Shown here: piece after piece, positions 59,701 to 64,000 of the stretch
Numbering within the stretch: position 1 is the stretch's first letter
Layout: each line of letters starts with the position of its first letter
NCBI GenBank assembly: GCA_951406725.2
Contig: OX597834.1
Coordinates: 24,304,001-24,368,000 of the forward strand
Source: Octopus vulgaris
Taxonomy: Eukaryota
DNA length: 64,000 bases
Reading direction: 5' to 3'
Translations under genes and position numbers: made by a program
The notes under the pieces: generated by a model
Told to the model about the DNA's origin: nothing
Seen by the model: the letters and a program-made list of their open reading frames with translations, nothing else
The model's database searches: none

Positions 59701-62700
59701 TTTAACTGATGTATTTAACCAAAATTACATAAAAATATCTTGAAATACTAAAGAGTAAATTTATTCAATAAAATCGCCATTGGCTTCAACCACGGCCTCC
59801 AGACAACTTTAGAATCCCCTGCAATTCTTCTGGATGGTGAATGCTGCCAAAACCTTTGCCTTCAGTTCATCTTTGGTGTTACAAAGAGTTTTGTTGGTCT
59901 CATGCTCAACTGCACTCCACACATAATAAAGGGGGTTGCAGTCTGGGGAGTTAGGTGGCCAGATGTTAAGGGTGATGTGGTTGCAGAAATTATCTGACAG
60001 CCATGACTGGGTTCACCTGCTTGTATGGCATGGTGCAGAGTCCTGTCACCAGACATAGGGTCTTCCAGCAGCTATCTTCTTGACCACGGGCAGCACTACC
60101 TTCCCCAGGCACTTGAGGTAGGCCTCCGTGTTGAGTCTGAGGCCTTGTGGGAAGATGAATGGAGACATAATGTCACCACCACTAGTGACCACTCCAAACA
60201 CCATGATGTTGACTGGATGTTTGATTTTTATCACTCTTGGTACATATCCTCAGATTGACACCCAAACACTCTGAAATGTTCGTATTGGAGCTTCTGGTAT
60301 GAATGCCAAGCTGTGTGGTAAGAAGTTTGCTTCTCAACCACATGGTTCCTGGTTCAGTCCCACTGCGTGGCACCTTGGACAAGTGTCTTCTACTCTAGCC
60401 TCAGACTTACCAAAGCCTTGTGAGTAAAACTGAAGGAAGCCCATTGTGTGTGTGTGTTTGTCTTTGTGCATGTCTTTGCCCCACATCACTGCTTGACAAC
60501 TGGTGTTCATGTGTTTATGCTGCAGTCACTTAGCAGTTCGGCAAAAGAGACCATAGAATAAGTACTGGGATTCACAAAAAAAAAATTATAAGTACTGGGG
60601 TCGCTAAGTTCGACTAGAATTCTTCAAGGCAGTGCCACAGTCTAATGACTGAAAAAAGTAAAAGATAAAAGATATTTTCATAATTTTTTTTTTCAGGTGC
60701 CAAATGTGCCTTTTGAAAAAAGACTTGGAGGAATATGAATCCTGTCTGTACAGAATTAATCAAAGGTGAGATTTTGGAGTTGTTTGGGACCATTGTATCA
60801 GATTTCTGTTCAATAACCTTTATTGTATTTGCTGAATCAATGAGGTTCAGTCCCACTGCGTGGCACCTTGGGCAAGTGTCCTCTACTATAGCCTTGGGTG
60901 GCCAAAGCCTTGTGGGTGGATTTGGTAGACAGAAACTGAAAAGAAGCCTGTCATATATATTTGCGTGTGTGTGTGTGTACATATATTTATATCTATGTGT
61001 TTGTGTCTTTGTGTCTGTTTGTCTCCCCCTCCCCCGCTTGACAACCAGTGTTGATGTATTGCACTGACTTGACCAGCACTGTCTGGCATGTTTCTGTTCA
61101 GCCTCCAAGCCTCACAGCAGAACTTGGCTCAATGTGGTGCCATCTCTTGCAACTGGCATTCACCTTGGTAGCTGTCTGTGCATCAACATTTCCCTGAGGC
61201 TTGGCCTCCAGATCTTTGAACCTCATGAATGCCACTGTGGATCCATTGTGGATTCTTTTGGCCTCCATCCACTATCCTGCCATCATCCTGTTGGTCACCT
61301 TCTGTGCCATACCACCCTGAACAAGATCATAAAGCATGGCCTACACTCTGCAACCTTCCCTTTCCAGCTTTAACCAGCAGGGCTAGATTGAGGAGATAGT
61401 ATAAGGCCAGATGGTATGGTAATTTTCCCATTCTGTGGTGATAGGTCCCTCATCTGGGATACCACATGTTGTGACACCTTGCAACTTTGTGTGGTTAGCT
61501 ACCAGCTCTGACTCTGCTGTTTGTCAGGCTGAGAAAAGCAAATTGTCATGGTATTGGTCACTCTCCAACAAGTTTATGGTTTAGCCTGTAGCATTCTTGA
61601 ACCCCTGCACATCCACTACCTGAGTGGAGATGGCTGTCTGCAAATGTGAGCCCTGTGAATCAGAGTGCTGTTCCAGTGCATCTCCTTTGCCGTGCTCTGG
61701 GACAACATCTTTTCCATTTTGCTGTTGGGGTCATGAAAAATGTTCCTTAATAAAGATTTATAAAAAAAAAGAAGAAAAAAAAAGAATTTAATATTTGTAG
61801 TAAGGGTTCTAGTTGTATGCTTGGGAAGGTTTTATCATAAGCCCAAGCATAAAACCCTTGTTTTGGAAGGGTTTATAATAGTATGTTGTGTATGTTGTGT
61901 GCACGATATTTGTTTCGGTAAAACATGGTTGATGCAGTTTTTTTAAAAATGATTTTTGTCTTTGTTTTTTATTTTATTCGTATCTTTTTTTCTTTTAATC
62001 ATTTCCAGTGACATTCTTGACTTTTCTCTCAACACTGAGGAAGGTGCATCTGTGTTGCGGCGCCGTGTTGGTAATTGGCGGGAAGGAGAACTGGAGATAA
62101 TGTTGAAATGTATATACAGCTACCTTCCGTTTTTATATCGTAAGTGGAAGATTTGTATTCTTTTAATCTTGTTGCTTAGCATCATGTTAGGCTTAATCAA
62201 GCTGACCTGTGGTTAAAGATGTTCCAGATGTGATCATCCTGTCTTTTTATCGGACATAATGTATCTAGAACTACATTATCCAATGTATCTTTGTTTTTGT
62301 TTTTTTATTTTTGTAGGGTGAGATTTGCAGGGGATTTGGCTGCTATTTTTAACAGGTTGGACAGCTGCATTGAAGCTCACCCCCACCTTTTTGGCTCATA
62401 TTTTGTTGTTGTTTAGCCTCCAGGTCATACTTGTCTGAGCAAACCTATGATCAAAGATGTTTCTATGATTATTTTGTTTGACCCTTCCTCTACAGCAGAA
62501 GGTACTCAAGAAGGCCTGTCCTCCACAGCAAAAGGGTTAAGGCCACTCCTCCTGGTGAAGAAGATTGGCCTGCAAGAGTTGTGTGCTAATGCCATGTAAA
62601 GAGCTCCTGTGCTGGTGCCACATTAAAAGCACCTTGCACACACTATAAAGTGGTTGGTGTTAGGAAGGGCATCCAGCTATAGAAACTAAACCAAATCAGA

Positions 62701-63944
62701 ATGGAACTTGGTGCAGCTCTCCAACTTGTCAGCTCTCATCAAACCATCAAACCCATGCCAGCTTGGAAAATGGATGTTAAAGGATGATGATGATGATGAT
62801 GATAACAACAACAGGCTTTGAACAGTATAGTTCCCATCTACTGTAATCATTCACAAGGTATTGGTCAGCCCAGGTCTATTGTAAAAGACATGTGTCCAAG
62901 ATGCCATCCTGTACAACTGCATCTGAAATCACTTGATTGCAAGCAAGCAAGCAACCAATCAACCAACCAGCCACTCTTGTTTGAATCACAGTTATGAATA
63001 ATACACTGAATTCTTTGCTTACGCCATAAATTGTATTTTTAAGAATCCATGGTGTGTGAAGATTCCTTTTGCAGTGAGCCAGCACACCATAGCACACTTG
63101 TCTGAAAAACTACTGACTTACAGAGACATGTGACTTCTTATCAAAAAGTATCAGGATTCTTGCTATGGTAACAGAGCTAAAGTATGTAGAGTGAAGCTGC
63201 TTAACGTAAATTGACCTTAAACTCTGTTACACATGCACCCTAAGTTATAATGTTCTTGTTCTCCTCTGTTGTTTGTAGCAGTGCTTAAAAGTGAAGTGTG
63301 TAGAGTGTGGTTGCCTCAAAAAAAAAAAAAATCAAACAAACAAAAAACAAAAAGAAAACAAAACAAAGATCAGGTTTCAGCTGTGCAGGATCGCCTTGAT
63401 TGTATCAAGAAAAAGGAAAACTTTTTGAAAATGGTGATTAAAGGTGAGGAATCATGAGTTTATGGCTGCTATGGTCTCAAAACCAAGGTTTGAAAGGAAC
63501 AAGATTTCAAGATATTGAGGAATTCTAAGAAAATGCAATGAGGCAGCTGCTTGCTATCTCCTAAAAGGAGTTCCAGGAATGCATCCATCAATGGAAACTA
63601 TTTTGAAGGTATTGAGCGCTGAATTGATATGTGCTGTAGTTTTGCTTTTATAACACCAGTCTTGAACTTTTTGGTCAGACCTCTTAACTAAAATTCTGCA
63701 AACCATTTCTCTCCATTGTTTTTACAAAGCAACTCTTCCATCTCACTTGTGTAATAATACTAATAATATATTGTTGTTTATTAACTTGGTTTTGGTTCAT
63801 CTTTGATACCAGTTGAAAGAAATCCTTACTTTACTCTAAGCTTGACTTTGTTTAATTTCTTTGTCATTAGACAGTAATCCAGACCTAGACCAACAAGCTG
63901 GTCTTCATTTGAAGTTATTTGAAGTTTACCGCAAAGAATTTCCT
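37829..63944 (+). CDS. SHPRH: E3 ubiquitin-protein ligase SHPRH (SNF2 ATPase-PHD-RING; Rad5-like), 5' part, 22 coding exons in the window, 3'-truncated by the window end
   Basis: The spliced frame is open for 1062 codons: [28 protein letters not shown], a PHD finger, TLIVAP…[61 protein letters not shown]. Confidence 0.95.
39037..39255. mobile_element. piggyBac-type MITE, 219 bp, TTAA TSD (opposite orientation to the 28099 copy)
   Basis: TTAA|CCCTTTAGTG…ACTAAAGGG|TTAA; a further copy lies at about 48649-48844. Confidence 0.85.
39945..40142 (+). CDS. SHPRH: SHPRH exon 2 (Q motif [20 protein letters not shown])
   Basis: acag acceptor, GTGAGA donor, 198 nt. Confidence 0.93.
40206..41740 (-). 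mobile_element. Decayed full-length mariner transposon with a nested RTE-tailed SINE (about 40293-40590)
   Basis: TA-flanked degenerate TIRs TTGTGTTGAGTCAT… / …ATGACTCGACCCAG; [21 protein letters not shown] and WVLH motifs on the minus strand. Confidence 0.88.
42605..42683 (+). CDS. SHPRH: SHPRH exon 3 (LHPLF…LYYNKYGG)
   Basis: ttcag acceptor, GTAAGT donor, 79 nt. Confidence 0.92.
43225..43399 (+). CDS. SHPRH: SHPRH exon 4 (helicase motif [14 protein letters not shown])
   Basis: ttag acceptor, GTAATA donor, 175 nt. Confidence 0.95.
44176..44364 (+). CDS. SHPRH: SHPRH exon 5 (PHD finger)
   Basis: C-x-C…CxxC.xxxHxxC…CxxC pattern; aag acceptor, GTAAGT donor, 189 nt. Confidence 0.9.
44873..44980 (+). 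CDS. SHPRH: SHPRH exon 6 (motif Ia)
   Basis: [21 protein letters not shown]; 108 nt. Confidence 0.94.
44993..45046. repeat. (ATT)n microsatellite; another lies at about 45577-45627
   Basis: Direct reading. Confidence 0.95.
45083..45530 (-). mobile_element. Penelope-like element 3' end: GIY-YIG C-terminus, tRNA-like cassette and deleted hammerhead
   Basis: 45530-45318 translates [39 protein letters not shown]…NSTWEPVLR…*; the downstream sequence matches 1684-1912. Confidence 0.8.
46188..46314 (+). CDS. SHPRH: SHPRH exon 7
   Basis: VYEG…[22 protein letters not shown]; 127 nt. Confidence 0.94.
46598..46677 (+). CDS. SHPRH: SHPRH exon 8
   Basis: [22 protein letters not shown]; 80 nt. Confidence 0.94.
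46845..47227 (+). mobile_element. RTE-tailed SINE-like element with about 60-bp internal tandem units
   Basis: Repeated gtgctggtggcacgtaaaaagcaccatccgatcgtggcc; AGGAAGGGCATCC box; (GAT)n tail. Confidence 0.75.
47949..47993 (+). CDS. SHPRH: SHPRH exon 9 (motif [12 protein letters not shown])
   Basis: 45 nt; gcag acceptor, GTAAGT donor. Confidence 0.94.
48050..48427 (-). mobile_element. Non-autonomous Helitron
   Basis: On the minus strand it reads A|TC(TA)n … GC-rich hairpin … CTAG|T, with no TSD and ACAGACAGAC near the 5' end. Confidence 0.8.
48910..48988 (+). CDS. SHPRH: SHPRH exon 10 (motif [12 protein letters not shown])
   Basis: 79 nt; aag acceptor, GTAAGT donor. Confidence 0.93.
50001..50385 (+). 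mobile_element. tRNA-derived SINE with an (AACAGC)n tail
   Basis: Box A TGGCCCAGTGG, box B GTTTCGATTCC. Confidence 0.8.
50492..50655 (+). CDS. SHPRH: SHPRH exon 11
   Basis: [20 protein letters not shown]…LWRTAKKSV; 164 nt. Confidence 0.94.
51104..51331 (-). mobile_element. Young family-A SINE with a long TSD
   Basis: Flanked on both sides by CCCACCACTATCAAATATA. Confidence 0.9.
51491..51598 (+). CDS. SHPRH: SHPRH exon 12
   Basis: INIPTQTE…[12 protein letters not shown]; 108 nt. Confidence 0.94.
53038..53103 (+). CDS. SHPRH: SHPRH exon 13
   Basis: KLNSIDRK; long pyrimidine tract, GTGAGT donor; 66 nt. Confidence 0.88.
53215..53340. repeat. Compound (AGAT)n/(ACAT)n/(ATGT)n microsatellite, partly self-complementary
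   Basis: Direct reading. Confidence 0.9.
54536..54618 (+). CDS. SHPRH: SHPRH exon 14
   Basis: [22 protein letters not shown]; 83 nt. Confidence 0.94.
55561..55900 (+). mobile_element. tRNA-derived SINE
   Basis: GGTGCATGGCTCAGTGGTTAGAGC…GAGCTCGAATCCCGG head, followed by a CTTGAGCAAGGCACTT CORE-like box. Confidence 0.8.
56397..56523 (+). CDS. SHPRH: SHPRH exon 15
   Basis: [10 protein letters not shown]…ECEEAHRQ…HGLAGIYII; 127 nt. Confidence 0.94.
56551..56780 (+). mobile_element. Young family-A SINE, 11-bp TSD ATACTGAATAT
   Basis: TSD at 56539-56549 and 56783-56793; starts 27 nt after the SHPRH exon 15 donor. Confidence 0.9.
57171..57347 (+). CDS. SHPRH: SHPRH exon 16
   Basis: YRQVL…[14 protein letters not shown]; 177 nt. 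Confidence 0.93.
57610..58020 (+). repeat. Long CT-rich polypyrimidine tract upstream of SHPRH exon 17
   Basis: About 400 nt almost free of G on the + strand. Confidence 0.9.
58050..58157 (+). CDS. SHPRH: SHPRH exon 17
   Basis: gcag acceptor, GTAAAT donor, 108 nt, open frame. Confidence 0.85.
58792..58922 (+). CDS. SHPRH: SHPRH exon 18 (EEWWMEIL)
   Basis: ttcag acceptor, GTATGG donor, 131 nt. Confidence 0.87.
59397..59576 (+). CDS. SHPRH: SHPRH exon 19
   Basis: IHSIEGLKF…SCCIR; 180 nt. Confidence 0.88.
59663..60295 (-). mobile_element. Tc1/mariner (DD37D/maT-like) transposase 3' fragment with one TIR
   Basis: [12 protein letters not shown]…YVW.QDSAPCH…[11 protein letters not shown] on the minus strand; TA|CAGGGTG terminus. 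Confidence 0.85.
60301..60640 (+). mobile_element. CORE-type tRNA SINE, family B (many copies window-wide, e.g. 13905-14060, 15770-16120, 16945-17100, 47270-47660, 51670-52097)
   Basis: GCTGTGTGGTAAGAAG…GGTTCAGTCCCACTGCGTGGCACCTTGG(G/A)CAAGTGTCTT. Confidence 0.8.
60697..60765 (+). CDS. SHPRH: SHPRH exon 20 (CQMC…EEYESCLY)
   Basis: ttcag acceptor, GTGAGA donor, 69 nt. Confidence 0.87.
61070..61783 (+). mobile_element. 5'-truncated CRE-clade-like non-LTR element (Zn knuckle plus restriction-like endonuclease) with poly(A)
   Basis: WLNVVP…ISLRLG…C.CG..VD.FG.H.LSC…H..LN.II…RPDG…LIWDTTC, then AATAAA and an A-rich tail. Confidence 0.75.
62009..62139 (+). CDS. SHPRH: SHPRH exon 21 ([13 protein letters not shown])
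   Basis: ccag acceptor, GTAAGT donor, 131 nt. Confidence 0.88.
63871..63944 (+). CDS. SHPRH: SHPRH exon 22 ([12 protein letters not shown]), last in the window
   Basis: ttag acceptor, GTAAGT donor, 74 nt. Confidence 0.87.
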
Positions 63945-64000
63945 GTAAGTATTTTTCTGTAAGGTGAAAGTTTGAAATTTTAAAAAAGTTAGTAAAATAT

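Noticed and set aside
63269-63457. Candidate extra SHPRH exon
   Set aside because: A-rich low-complexity sequence with no SHPRH similarity; exons 21 and 22 already join in phase.

Overview
AT-rich, intron- and repeat-dense eukaryotic DNA. The SINE, RTE and microsatellite content looks like an Octopus or other coleoid cephalopod genome, which is my inference and not a database result. Two large multi-exon genes lie head-to-head. ATAD5/ELG1 is on the minus strand and complete: 17 coding exons, 28769->3151, 5475 nt, 1824 aa, with all splice phases compatible. SHPRH is on the plus strand: 22 coding exons from 37829 give 1062 codons in the window, and the gene continues past the right edge. Both act on PCNA in opposing ways, and their probable first exons are only about 1.2 kb apart, separated by a MITE fold-back and near E2F-type motifs. 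Introns carry RTE and CRE-like LINE fragments, Penelope-like (GIY-YIG) elements, mariner/Tc1 relics, piggyBac-type and GGATC-ended MITEs, a Helitron and many tRNA-derived SINEs. The most unusual element is a Penelope-like 3' end made of a GIY-YIG stop, then a tRNA-like Pol III cassette, then a minimal hammerhead ribozyme, present in two partial copies (1684-1936 and 45083-45530). All coordinates were read by hand, and TE boundaries are approximate.
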